Notes: generated from the letters alone by a model not told the origin. A stretch of DNA of 64,000 bases from an uncultured Verrucomicrobiae bacterium (GCA_963706955.1 CAVPOC010000004.1:64001-128000); one strand, 5' to 3'. Shown: positions 1 through 10,797, numbered from the stretch's first letter. Numbers and translations are program-made.

Positions 1-187
1 TCCAGCATTTCTGAAAACTCTCGGCTGCTGAATTGTTGTACGGCGGCAGCGTCCCCGCCGCTGCCAGACCCGCTCCGCGATCGTTTACCGAAGTCTTTAT
101 GGAGAGTTGCTCGGAGAATATCCCCACTGCCGAGCCTGAGGAGACTCATTGCCAGCGCTCACTTCATTGTCTATGGAAGGGGCCGAT

Positions 188-1711
188 ATGCAGGAGAAAT
201 TTGATGTCGCGGTGATCGGCGGCGCATTTTCCGGCGCAGCGACGGCTCTGCTTCTCCGGCGCGAGGCTCCGGAACTGAGCGTGGCGATTATCGAGCGCTC
301 AGCGCATTTTGACCGCAAAGTCGGCGAAGCGACTACCGAGGTCAGCGGCTGCTTTCTTACGAAACGCCTCGCGCTCACACATCACCTTTGCCATCACCAT
401 GTCGCCAAGAATGGGCTGCGGTTCTGGTTTTCTCGTGGACCGGAGGATGAGTTCGACCGCTGCAGCGAAATCGGCGCCTTCTATCAGGTGCGTCTACCAT
501 CTTACCAAGTCGACCGTGAAGTCCTGGATGAGCATGTCCTCACCCTGGCGTGCGAAGCAGGCGCCCGTCTCTTCCGGCCCGCCAAGCTTACTTCGCTTGA
601 ATTGTCAGATACCGGATTTTCCGAACTTACAATTCGCGACAGCTGCGGGGAGCGCCAGCTGTTCGCCCGCTGGGTGATCGACGCAAGCGGCCGGAGCTGC
701 ATTGCTCGCCCGGAAGATGGGAGTGTCTGCGTCCAGTGCCCGAACATCCGACCAATGCGATTTGGGCGCGCTTTCGCAACGTCAAGGACTGGGATGGCTA
801 CGATCTGATGAGCCGCTTTCCACGTTATGCCGGTTCTTGTCAGGTCAGCCGTGCTTCTGCCACCAACCACCTCACCGGATACGGTTGGTGGTGCTGGATC
901 ATCCCGCTGCGCGGCGGTGATTTCAGTGCCGGCCTCGTCTACGATTCTCGGCTTTATACGCCGCCCGAAGGCGCCCGCTTGGGCGATCGACTGAAGGCCC
1001 ACCTGCTCACGCATCCGGTCGGCCGGGAGATTTTTATGGATGCCGAATACATCGAAGGCGACGTCAAGGCCTACTCGATGCTGCCTTACTATGCCGAGCG
1101 GATTGCGGGTCCTCGCTGGCAGATTAGTCGGAGACGCTGCCTCCTTCATGGACCCCCTCTATAGTCAAGGTTTGGATTATTGCTCATGGACCGTTTCGGT
1201 TGCCGTGGATCGCATCGTGCGAGAGAGCCAGGGAGAGCATTGCGACGTGGAGAATCTTAATGTGCGATTTGCGCGGTCGTACCGAGGCTGGTTCGAAGCA
1301 TTGTACAAGGACAAGTATTATTACTTGGGCGACAAGGAACTGATGACCGCAGCCTTTCTGATGGACCTAGGCCTGTTCTTTTTCGGACCCGTCCGCAGCG
1401 TGGTTCGCTGCCCCAAGTCAGGGTTTTCTCAATTTCCTTTCGAGGGTTCGTTCGACGGCGTGGTCGTCCGGCGGCTGATGGCGTTTTACAATCGCCGCCT
1501 GGCGCGGATCGCCCAGAAGAGGCATGCAGCCGGAGTCTACGGCTCGATGAACTTGGATTCGCGGACATTGTTGAAGGGTTTCGAACCGACTCGACACGTT
1601 TGGAAGCTGATCCTGCGGGGCGTTCGCACATGGTTGCGTGCCGAGTTGCGGAGTCTGCCGTTACGCTCGAGCCAGGCCGCGCCCCTGGCCTGCCCTGCTC
1701 CGTCACTCTGA
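188..1711 (+). CDS. Flavin-dependent halogenase-family protein (Trp-halogenase-like), split by about 3 indels
   Basis: ORFs 149-808, 736-1164 and 1040-1711 join into one protein: Rossmann VAVIGGAFSG, KVGEAT, KNGLRFWF, YQVDR, WVIDASGR, halogenase WxWxIP motif (WCWIIP), VGDAASFMDPLYSQG. Confidence 0.8.
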
Positions 1712-1712
1712 G

Positions 1713-3257
1713 ATGGCCTATTCGTCTTTCGGAGACTTCGTCCAGGCACTGGACAGGGCTGGCGAGCTGATACGTGTCCGCGAGCCAGTGGCGACGGAAC
1801 TCGAGATTACCGAGTTAGCCAATCGCCAGATGAAGGCGCCTGCGGGTGGGAAAGCCCTCTTGATCGAAAAACCGACGGTCAACGGGCAAGTTAGTCCGTT
1901 TCCGGTCGCGATAAATACGATGGGTTCGTGGAAGCGCATGGCGATGAGCATGGGCGCAGAGTCGGTGGACGATGTCGCCGCCGAGTTGGGGACCTCATCA
2001 AGGCCAAACCACCGACCAGCTTTCGCGAAGCCCTCAAATTGTTGGGCACCGCCATCGAGATGCGTCACGCCAAACCCAAGCGAGTGACCACCGGTCCCTG
2101 CAAGGAGATCATGCATAGAATCGAAAGCCCGGCATTGACCAGTGGCTGGCCACCTGCACCGGATTGGAAAAATCCCGCGCAGTTCGATCCTCATCCTCCG
2201 ACGCTTCTCGATTTACCCATCCTCAAGTGCTGGCCGCTCGACGGTGGGCGCTTTATTACGCTGCCCTGTGTAGTCACTCAGGATCCCGATACCGGTGAGC
2301 GCAACGTCGGGATGTATCGCATCCAAGTCTATGACCCGCACAGTACGGGCATGCACTGGCAGTTGCAAAAAGTAGGCGCACGGCACGGCCGGAGGTACTA
2401 CGAGACAGGCACGCGCATGCCGGTGGCGATCTTTCTTGGCGGCGATCCAGTCTTCCCCTTTGCCGCCACGGCCCCTCTTCCCGATGGCCTCGATGAATTC
2501 CTGCTGGCCGGCTACCTGCGAAAAAAATCGATCGAGCTCGTCAAATGCGAAACCAGCGACCTCGAAGTTCCCGCCAATGCCGACTTTGTTATCGAAGGTT
2601 ACGTCGATCCACGAGAGCCTCTGCGAGAGGAAGGTCCGTTCGGCGATCACACTGGCTACTACACGCTTCCCGAGCCATACCCGGTATTCCACATCACTGC
2701 GATTACCCATCGCCGCGACGCCGTCTATCCGGCCACAATCGTGGGGATTCCTCCGATGGAAGACTTCTATATGGGCAGCGCGTCGGTGAAACTTTTTCTG
2801 CCGATCTTCAAGATGAATTTCCCGGAGATCGTCGACATCGCCTTACCAGCCGAAGGTGTTTTTCACAACCTTGTCTTCGTAAGCATCAAAGAAGACCTAT
2901 CCGATGCAGGCCTATAAGATCATGCACGGACTTTGGGGAATGGGGCAGATGATGTTCACCAAATACCTTGTCGTGGTAGATCATGACGTGAACGTGCATA
3001 ATACCAGCGACGTCCTCTTTCGCCTGTGCGCCAATACCGACCCGCAGCGCGACAGCATCCTCACGAAAGGACCCGCCGACGTGCTCGATCACGCAACTAG
3101 CGAGATCGCGGTCGGCGGCAAACTCGGGATCGACGCAACAAAAAAGCTCGCGGGTGAAGGTTTTAACCGCAACTGGCCCCCACTCATCACCATGGAGGAA
3201 TCGGTTTCGGAACGAGTCGATAGCCTCTTAAAAAATAGGAATGGCTCAAGTTCGTGA
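1713..3257 (+). CDS. UbiD-family decarboxylase (menaquinone futalosine-pathway MqnL-like), frameshifted near 1990 and 2890
   Basis: N-terminal GELIRVREPV..ELEITE; RNVGMYR, EGPFGDHTGYY, GIPPMED, HGLWGMGQMMFTK, GGKLGIDATKK. Confidence 0.88.
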
Positions 3258-3400
3258 ATAACCACAGCGATAAAGAGTTCCAAATGTTTTTTACAGTCCG
3301 AAGCGTTCGGAAGGATCCACTGGAAATGTCCTGTGGCGCTGGCCGCGAAGTTGCTTGCGGCAACAAGAACGGCCGACTGGAAGCAGCCAAGTGTTTCTGA

Positions 3401-4060
3401 ATGGCATAGAGGAGGGATCGCGCGGCGCCCGATAAAAGCGCGGAATACGCGATGGGCGTCGCGAGTGGCAAGCATGGTTGGAGTCGACGTTGGCGTTCGA
3501 CCAAACACAATCTCGGTCACGAGTGTGTTCTTTGCGGGCGCAGTCGGTCTTTGCCTCGTCTTGACGGAGGCGTCGCGGGCGGTTTGCGCGGGCTGCTCTT
3601 CTTGATGAGCGGCGTCCTGATCCAGATGCGCCTCCTTTGTAATCTTTTGACGGGATGGTGGCGGTCGAAGGCGGAAACAAGACCAAGTCTGGCGAAATCT
3701 ACAACGAACTGCCTGACCGGTTGGCAGATGTTTTCATCCTTGTCGGAGCGGGAAACGCTTGGATGCGCGTGGACTGGGGACCTCTCCTTGGCTGGCTTTG
3801 CGCCGTCCTGGCTCTGCTGACTGCTTACGTGCGAGCGTTGGGTGCAGCAGCAGGAGCTTCGCAGCAGTTCTGTGGTCCCATGGCGAAGCAGCAGCGAATG
3901 GCGTTAATGACTTTCGCCTGCATTGTCTCCGCATTTCTCAGTTGGTCCAACCTCCACTGGCCCCTTGTTGCCGCGACCCTTACTCTTGATCGGCGCCGGG
4001 ACGGCGATCACCATCGTGCGCAGGCTCCTTCGGATCGTCCGTGAACTGGAACAGAGGTGA
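3401..4060 (+). CDS. CDP-alcohol phosphatidyltransferase (YnbA-like), frameshifted
   Basis: RRPIKARNTRWA, RPNTIS, IQMRLLCNL(DG)MVAVEGG..SGEIYNELPDRLAD, GPMAKQQRM across ORFs 3333-3605, 3452-3820 and 3655-4044; start approximate. Confidence 0.8.
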
Positions 4061-4656
4061 AATCTTTAGTTGCTTCTCTTATATGCCTTCTGTCCGGACT
4101 GCGAGCCCGCTGGGTGGGGACCGATCCTGTAGACAGGCAGCGTGTCTATTTCGCCAATCATACGAGTAACCTCGATGCCGCCGTGTTGTGGGCCAGTCTG
4201 CCTGTTTCCATCAGGGAAAAGACACGACCGGTTGCCGCCAAAGATTACTGGACGGGGAGTGCGCTGCGGCGTTGGCTCGCCAATGAAGTCTTTCGCGCTC
4301 TCTTGATTGAGCGTCGGAAAGTCACCGCAGAGAACAACCCCTTGCGCGAGATGATCGCGGTTTTGGATGCTGGTGAGTCACTCATCATTTTCCCCGAAGG
4401 TGGGCGATTTCCCGGTCCCGAGCCGCAGAAGTTTAAGTCTGGACTTTTCCATCTAGCGAAGGACCGCCCGGAGGTGGAACTGGTTCCCGTCTATCTGGAG
4501 AACCTGAATCGCATCCTGCCCAAGGGTCAACTGCTACCGGTCCCTTTGCTCGGCAGCATTACCGTCGGTCGGCCGATACGACTCGAGTCCCGGGAGGCGA
4601 AGATCGCTTTTCTGGATCGCGCACGTGACGCTGTTTGGAGTTTGCATCTTTCATGA
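4057..4656 (+). CDS. Lysophospholipid acyltransferase (PlsC family)
   Basis: NHTSNLD (HX4D) and IFPEGGR motifs; GTGA overlap with the upstream gene. Confidence 0.9.
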   Translation: MKSLVASLICLLSGLRARWVGTDPVDRQRVYFANHTSNLDAAVLWASLPVSIREKTRPVAAKDYWTGSALRRWLANEVFRALLIERRKVTAENNPLREMIAVLDAGESLIIFPEGGRFPGPEPQKFKSGLFHLAKDRPEVELVPVYLENLNRILPKGQLLPVPLLGSITVGRPIRLESREAKIAFLDRARDAVWSLHLS

Positions 4657-5600
4657 CGGCCGGGTTTGACGCTGAAACGGCGATCCTCGTGGGCGGCGTC
4701 ATTGTCGTGCTTCTGTTCGCTAGCATCATCGGTCGGATTCTCGCCCGCCGGCCTGGTGGCTTGGAATTCCAGTCAACGATCGCGAATTTGAACGCACGGA
4801 CTCGGGCGTGGTGGGTGATGGTCGCGATCTTTCTTCTGGCCATGCTGAGCGGCGGCCTGGGCTCGGTTGTTTTGTTTGGTCTAACTTCATTTCTGGCGCT
4901 TCGCGAGTTCGTTACCATGGCGCCAACAAAGCTTGGTGATCATGGCACGCTCCTTTGGGTTTTCTTCGTAATAACTCCTATCCAATATGCTTTGGTTGCC
5001 GTCAATTGGTATGGACTCTTCTCCATCTTCATTCCTGTTTACGCCTTCTTGTTTGTTCCTTTACGCAGCGTCTTGAGCGGCGATTGCGAGCGTTTTCTGG
5101 AGCGGACGGCGACAATTCAGTGGGCGCTCATGGTCTGCGTATATTGCGTCAGTCATGCCCCGGCCTTAATGACCCTGAGAATTCCGGGGTTTGCAGGTCA
5201 AAACGGCAAGTTGCTTTTCTTTTTCGTTTTGGTCGTCCAGGCGAGCGACGTGCTCCAATACATTTGGGGAAAGATTGTCGGCCGTCACAAAATCGCTCCC
5301 ACGGTGAGCCCGAGCAAAACGTGGGAAGGGTTCATTGGCGGCGTGGCGTCGGCGACGTTGCTCGGGACAGCCTTATGGTGGGCGACGCCCTTCACCCTTT
5401 GGCAAGCCGCGGCCATGTCGTTGCTCATAACCCTGATGGGATTTGTCGGTGGGTTGGTGATGTCGGCGATTAAGCGGGATCGAGGCGTTAAGGACTATGG
5501 AACACTGATCGCCGGCCACGGAGGAGTCATGGACCGCATCGACTCGCTTTGCTTCTCAGCTCCGGTCTTTTTTCATGTCACCCGCTTCTTTTTCACATGA
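4653..5600 (+). CDS. Phosphatidate cytidylyltransferase (YnbB/CdsA family)
   Basis: SPSKTWEGFIGG and SAIKRDRGVKDYGTLIAGHGGVMDRIDS signature; multi-TM; ATGA overlap. Confidence 0.92.
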   Translation: MTAGFDAETAILVGGVIVVLLFASIIGRILARRPGGLEFQSTIANLNARTRAWWVMVAIFLLAMLSGGLGSVVLFGLTSFLALREFVTMAPTKLGDHGTLLWVFFVITPIQYALVAVNWYGLFSIFIPVYAFLFVPLRSVLSGDCERFLERTATIQWALMVCVYCVSHAPALMTLRIPGFAGQNGKLLFFFVLVVQASDVLQYIWGKIVGRHKIAPTVSPSKTWEGFIGGVASATLLGTALWWATPFTLWQAAAMSLLITLMGFVGGLVMSAIKRDRGVKDYGTLIAGHGGVMDRIDSLCFSAPVFFHVTRFFFT

Positions 5601-5716
5601 GGTTATCGCGTGAGCAAGGGCGCGAAAAATTTGCGGAGGATGTGCGCGGCCGCCAACTACCTGCCGGCCGGGCAAGACAAAACCAACCGCAGCGCTCGGA
5701 CAGAATTCGGAGATTA

Positions 5717-6242
5717 TCACGCTGATTGAGCGATCTGCTCCTGAACGGCCTTTAGGCGATCGTAGAGTGGCATGAGGCCTTCCGGAATGATGCGCACGCC
5801 GCCGACAACTGTCATGAAGTTTGCGTCGCCTGTCCAGCGTGGAACTATGTGAAGGTGAAGGTGATCATGCACTCCAGCCCCGGCGGGTTTTCCGAGATTC
5901 CAGCCGATGTTGAAGCCCTGGGCCTTGACGCACTCCCTGAGCAGTCGCTGTGCATGAATGCATAATTGCCAGAGTTCAAGCACTTCGCTGATCGGTGAGT
6001 TCCGCCATCTCCGACACTTTGCGGTATGTCACCGCCATGAGGTGACCGGCGGAATAGGGATATTTGTTCATCAGGAGAAACGTGGATTTTCGTCGCGTGA
6101 CTACAAGATGAGCTGCATCGTCGTCGCTCTGCGCAGCTTCGCTTAGAAAGTCACTCCTGGCCTGATGCTCGGCTTGGAAGTATTCGACCCGCCATGGTGC
6201 CCACAGCGATTCGAGGTGATTTTTCGGGAAAGAATCGTTCAT
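5717..6242 (-). CDS. HIT-family nucleotide hydrolase/phosphorylase (Ap4A phosphorylase-like), frameshift near 5985
   Basis: LWAPWRVEY, MNKYPYSAGHLM, GFNIGWNLGKPAGAG, HLHLHIVPRW. Confidence 0.88.
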
Positions 6243-7000
6243 GACACGGTCTTGATCATGTGGGTTCGAGCGCTGTCCGCTTTGCCCTCGATGGAGATTT
6301 GACCGATCGGTTCGAAGGGAAAGCGACTGCGTGCGGCGACGTCGGAATGTCCGCTCACGAGAATGTCGGCGCGGTCGCGAGTAGCTCCCTGGTGGCGCGA
6401 GGCAAGATTGATCGACTGGCCGATGGAGATAAGCTCCATTCGTTCTTTGGAGCCGATTTTACCGACAATGGCGCGTCCGGTATTGATCCGAAGCGAGGTC
6501 ATGGCATCGCGGGCTTCGTTTTCGGATTTAACCCATCTTGCCTGGAGATCGTTCAAAGCCGTGCGCATCTCCAAGGCGGCTCGCACGGCATGCTCCTCCT
6601 GAGATTCACCGCCGCGCAAGGCTCCGAAAGATCCCATGAGCTCGTCACCCATGAATCTGTTCAGGGGTCCAAAGTTTTTGAAGACTGCCTCGGTCATCTG
6701 GTCAAGAATTCGTTAAGCATCGCCACAGTTTCCCCAGGACTCAACTGTTGAGAAGGTTGTAAATCCACCGACGTCGGCAAACAGGGCGGTGACCTTCTTT
6801 CGGTGGCTGTAGTGACTGCTTTGCCGCGTGACCGATTTCATTTGAGGGTATCCTCCGAAAGATAGCGCGCCAGCGCCAGAAAAGCCGCGGCATCCGTCGG
6901 TCATAAAGGCAGCCATGAACGCTGCGAAGACCGCCACGACCAGCAAGAGAGTGAAGACCTTTGTTCGAAAGCGATCCCAAGTTTCGGCGTAAGAATCCAC
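6239..7000 (-). CDS. Membrane-anchored class III adenylate/guanylate cyclase-domain protein, degenerate and/or frameshifted
   Basis: TM segment, then VTALFADVGGFTTFS, RFMGDELM, INTGRAIVGKIGS..RM..SIGQSINLASR, ISIEGK; break near 6720. Confidence 0.7.
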
Positions 7001-7026
7001 GTAAACTTCTGAACTCTGCGATATTA

Positions 7027-8183
7027 TCAGAGCGCCGCCAGGATCGCTTGCGAGGCACGGAGAGCTGCGCCATCGGCCTCCAAAGTCGATACAATCTCGT
7101 GGACCTCTGCTGACGAGGTTCGCACGTGCCATGGGATCGTTGAGAAGACGGAGGGTTTCTCGCTGCCAGAGCTTCGGGTGTGGCGAGATGCTGGATGAAC
7201 TCACGAATTACGTGCGGTGCGGGCTGAGCTGGCAGTCGGGAATCAGCCGGAGGATTTTGTTTATAGTTGTTGAGGATATTAATGATGCCCAGACAATCGA
7301 CATCCACGACACGGCGACCGACCTCAAAAGTTAGCCAGGCGACACGATAGACAAGACAATACGGGAGACCAAAGAAGGCAGCCTCGAGTGTCGCCGTCCC
7401 GGAACATACCATACCCACACAGGCGCGCTGCATCAGCTGATGCGCGGTTCCAGTTCGAACCGCAATCGGGAGATCTCCGGCGAGCTGTTTCATCCGCCTG
7501 GCATGAGGCTCACTTGCCGCAGCCGCCTCAAAGCGAACATCCGGCCGTGCTTGTTGGATGAGACGGCCGGCTTCGACCATCGTCGGGAAGATGCGTTTCA
7601 CCTCCCTTTCTCGACTTCCGGGGAAGAGCCCGACGAGGTCACCTTCGCGATTGATGCTAATCTTTTCCTTGGCGAGCGCCTCCAGCAGGGGATGTCCTGC
7701 AAAGACCGTGTGAAGTCCGCTCGCTTCGTACATCGGTTTCTCGAAAGGAAACACGCAAACCATCAGATCAAGCAGGCGCGCCATTTCGGGGATGCGCCCG
7801 CGATTCCAGGCCCACACTTGAGGGCTGATATAGTAGAGGATCTTGCCGGGGAAGTGGCGATTCCGCAGCGCCTTCGCCAGACGCACATTAAATCCCGGAT
7901 AGTCCACAAGGACAACCGCGGCCGGCCTGAGTTCCTCGATTCGCTCCAGCATGCGATAAAACTTTCTTCGAAAGTATCGATAGTGCTTGAGGACGTCCCA
8001 AAGTCCAAGGACGCCTGCTTCCGCAATCCAATTGTCGAACGGTTCGGCGGACAATGCTTGCATATTGGGACCGCCTGCGCCGACGAATCGCAGATTCGGC
8101 TCGAGCGAATGCAGCGCTCTCATCAGTTCGGCGGCACGGGCGTCGCCGCTGGCCTCCCCGGCAACGAACCACAAGGTGGTCAT
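7027..8183 (-). CDS. lpxB: Lipid-A-disaccharide synthase; C-terminus frameshifted
   Basis: VAGEASGD, VDYPGFN, YYISPQVWAWNRGR, FPFE, GHPL, PGSRERE, SGTATLEAA; about 20-aa insert before VIREFIQ; likely true stop TGA at 7027-7029. Confidence 0.93.
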
Positions 8184-9142
8184 GCGAGGGTTTGCGTGGT
8201 CTTTTTACGAGGATCGGCCTCTTCGATGCGTCGAGTTATTTCCAAGGCGATGTCGAGCGCGTCGGCGGCCTCGTGACCGGAAACTTTGGGTTTGGCCCCG
8301 TCGTGGGCGCACTGGATGAAAGCCTCGAGTTCTATTCTGAGAGGTTCGCCGCGCCGAATCTCAACTTTTTCCCGCACGATCTCCTTGCCCTTGAGTCCAT
8401 CGCGAAGGCCATACATCACCCCATCCTGTTTTTGATAATCGAGAGAAAGATAGGCGTTCTCTTGAAAGACGCGGATCTTTCGGACCGTGTCGCGGCTGAT
8501 GCGGCTCGCGGTGACATTGGCCACGCAGCCGCTCTCGAAGTGAAAGCGAACGTTTGCGATATCTTCGCCTTTGCTAAGAACAGCTATCCCCACCGGGTCC
8601 ATGCTGACGATTGGCGAGCGAACAATATGCAGGATGATCTCGATATCATGGATCATCAGGTCGAGAACGACTCCGATATCAGTGCTCCTGTTTGGGTAAG
8701 GCGAGAGGCGGGTAACTTCGAGGAAACGAGGATTGTTGAGCTTGTCCTCCAATGCGACGAGCACTGGATTGAACCGCTCAATGTGTCCTACCTGGAGCAC
8801 GCAGGAGCGACTCGCGGCGAGTGCGGCGAGAGCGCGCGCCTGGGTGGGCGTCTCGGCAATCGGTTTCTCGATGAGCAGGTGTTTACCTTGCTCCAGCAGG
8901 TAGGCCCCGATCTCATAATGAGTGACCGTCGGCGTACAAATGGTCGCTGCATCGACAAGCCGGGCAAACTCTTCCAGCGAGTGAGCCGCGTAGGTGTGGT
9001 ATTTCTTCGCGACGCGTTGCGCTACATCCTGGTTCCGATCAAAGACCGCCGACAAGCTGCAGGACTCGAGCTCTCGATAAACGCGGGCATGATTCACGCC
9101 CATATGGCCAACACCGACAACCCCCGTGCGAAGAAGATTCAT
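8180..9142 (-). CDS. Gfo/Idh/MocA oxidoreductase, GnnA-like
   Basis: GVVGVGHMG, LIEKP, QVGHIERFNP, VVLDLMIHDI; lies between lpxI and lpxB. Confidence 0.88.
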   Translation of the reverse strand: MNLLRTGVVGVGHMGVNHARVYRELESCSLSAVFDRNQDVAQRVAKKYHTYAAHSLEEFARLVDAATICTPTVTHYEIGAYLLEQGKHLLIEKPIAETPTQARALAALAASRSCVLQVGHIERFNPVLVALEDKLNNPRFLEVTRLSPYPNRSTDIGVVLDLMIHDIEIILHIVRSPIVSMDPVGIAVLSKGEDIANVRFHFESGCVANVTASRISRDTVRKIRVFQENAYLSLDYQKQDGVMYGLRDGLKGKEIVREKVEIRRGEPLRIELEAFIQCAHDGAKPKVSGHEAADALDIALEITRRIEEADPRKKTTQTLA

Positions 9143-9954
9143 CTGGAAATTCCGTAGAGTGTCACGCCTGCGTCCTGGGCGGCCCGACAAACGGCAGGAC
9201 TATCCAGGAGCAGGGTTCGGTTTGCTTCACAGGCAATTGCTTTGATTCTAGCTTCGCGGGCGACTTCGATGGTGGTTTCACCGATCACGGGAACATCGAA
9301 GCGCATGTCCTGATTCGGCTTCGTCACCTTCACCAATATCGCGCCCTTGCCTCCGAGGCTTCCCCCGCGACGAAGGCAATCATTCGTGCCTTCAAATGCC
9401 TCGACGGCGAGAACAGTGCCCGATTTGACAACCACACTTTGGCCGATATCCAAACGGCTGATTTCCTTGGCGGTGTCGAATCCAAAATGCATGTCGTCGA
9501 TGTCCCTTTGTTTGAGGTTGGGGCCCGCCATGTGGCCCGGGCGAGCGACGTGATCCTCGAGAAAGGTCATGGCATTGAGCAGCTCGAGCCCGATGCTGGC
9601 GAGTTGATTGGCGACTTCACCAAAGAGCGTCTCGGCATTGCGTCGCCTCAATCTTGCCAGCAGGATCAAGGCGCGAAAGTCAGGACGCAGATCGAAGAGG
9701 TTTGCCGGCGCAAGTTGGCCGGCCATCATCGCATGGCGCGCGCCCGATTTCCGGGCCGCTTCGAGTAGCTTGCCAAGCTGACCGACGCGCAACCAATGCA
9801 CCTCGTCGGCTCTGGCGCTCGTCGTCGGAGGGGTTTCGCCCTCGAATGCCGCGACGGAGATCCTTTTCACTCCCGAGGCGCGGGCCGATTCTATCAAGAG
9901 AGAAGGATAGCGACCTCCTCCGGCGATGAGAAATAGGGTTTCGGGTATGGTCAA
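9139..9954 (-). CDS. lpxI: UDP-2,3-diacylglucosamine diphosphatase LpxI
   Basis: LIAGGGRYP, LDIGQSVVV, AVEAFEGTN, KPNQDMRFDVPVIG. Confidence 0.9.
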   Translation of the reverse strand: MTIPETLFLIAGGGRYPSLLIESARASGVKRISVAAFEGETPPTTSARADEVHWLRVGQLGKLLEAARKSGARHAMMAGQLAPANLFDLRPDFRALILLARLRRRNAETLFGEVANQLASIGLELLNAMTFLEDHVARPGHMAGPNLKQRDIDDMHFGFDTAKEISRLDIGQSVVVKSGTVLAVEAFEGTNDCLRRGGSLGGKGAILVKVTKPNQDMRFDVPVIGETTIEVAREARIKAIACEANRTLLLDSPAVCRAAQDAGVTLYGISR

Positions 9955-10005
9955 CGGGTGTTCTTTACTTGCCCTGTCCCCGGCTGACAAGCGATCGGGC
10001 TACGA

Positions 10006-10797
10006 TCATTGATTCCAAAACAGGTCACTGAATCGATTCACACGAAATTGTTCTTTCTTCTTGGAAGGCGTCAAGGGAGGAGATGCTGAGGATGACGGTG
10101 ATGAGGAGATCCCTCGCTCCGGTTTGGTCTCAGAACGGCCCCCCGTGGCGTCCATCGCCAGGGCGCCTTTTTCCTCGATGTTAAATGTATTCACCGCGAC
10201 CAGGGCGCTTCGGCCGCCGCCGTGAAGTTTGCGGTGCTGCGCGATGAAGGCGCCCGGGACATAGTAATTGGTCAGATCTTTGGGGAAACCGCGCTGATTG
10301 TAGCCGATGAAGATATTCTTCCTTAATTCAAAGTGCAGGTGGGCGACGTACATGCCGCGATTGGTCCCGATGGTGCCAATCTGCTGGCCACGGACGATCT
10401 GCTTTCCTTCGGCCACGAAGATTCGGTCCAGATGCGCATAGACCGAGTCCACGGTTTTCATTTGCTTTTCTTCGAGGAAAATGTGCCGGATGATCACGAG
10501 GTTCCCCCAACCCATGCGCATATTACGCGCGAGGACGACAACACCATTAGCCGTCGCGTAAACGGGCTTGCCTAAATCGCTATTGCCTCCTTCCAGGCCG
10601 TTCCAATCTTCGCCCATATGGTAGCGACTCCGAAACCCCCGCGAAATATAGTAGCCTTCTGCATCTGGTTTTCCGACTGGTTGATCGAAACCATCAGCCA
10701 GCCGGGTCCTCATCGTCTCCGGCGAGGGAGCGCTGACCAGCGCGGTTACCAAACAAAACAGGAATAGCCAAAAGGCGTATTTTCGGAGGAACCGCAT
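10006..10797 (-). CDS. M23-family metallopeptidase, exported
   Basis: Signal peptide; HMGED (HxxxD), YAHL, HLHFELR. Confidence 0.88.
   Translation of the reverse strand: MRFLRKYAFWLFLFCLVTALVSAPSPETMRTRLADGFDQPVGKPDAEGYYISRGFRSRYHMGEDWNGLEGGNSDLGKPVYATANGVVVLARNMRMGWGNLVIIRHIFLEEKQMKTVDSVYAHLDRIFVAEGKQIVRGQQIGTIGTNRGMYVAHLHFELRKNIFIGYNQRGFPKDLTNYYVPGAFIAQHRKLHGGGRSALVAVNTFNIEEKGALAMDATGGRSETKPERGISSSPSSSASPPLTPSKKKEQFRVNRFSDLFWNQ

Noticed and set aside
1..149. Possible 5' end of a divergent minus-strand gene
   Set aside because: The frame is open but truncated, with no recognisable motif.
1713..3257. Programmed ribosomal frameshifting in ubiD, rhaEW or kup
   Set aside because: No consistent slippery site with a downstream structure; the indels are scattered across unrelated genes.
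6741..8183. 480-aa extended LpxB
   Set aside because: The extension is frameshift read-through; the natural-looking end AILAAL* is at 7027.
8054..9157. 367-aa ORF antisense to the Gfo/Idh/MocA gene, and similar long antisense ORFs such as 7440-8276, 12426-13259, 24536-25348 and 39545-40444
   Set aside because: Shadow ORFs of well-supported genes in GC-rich DNA, with no recognisable motifs.
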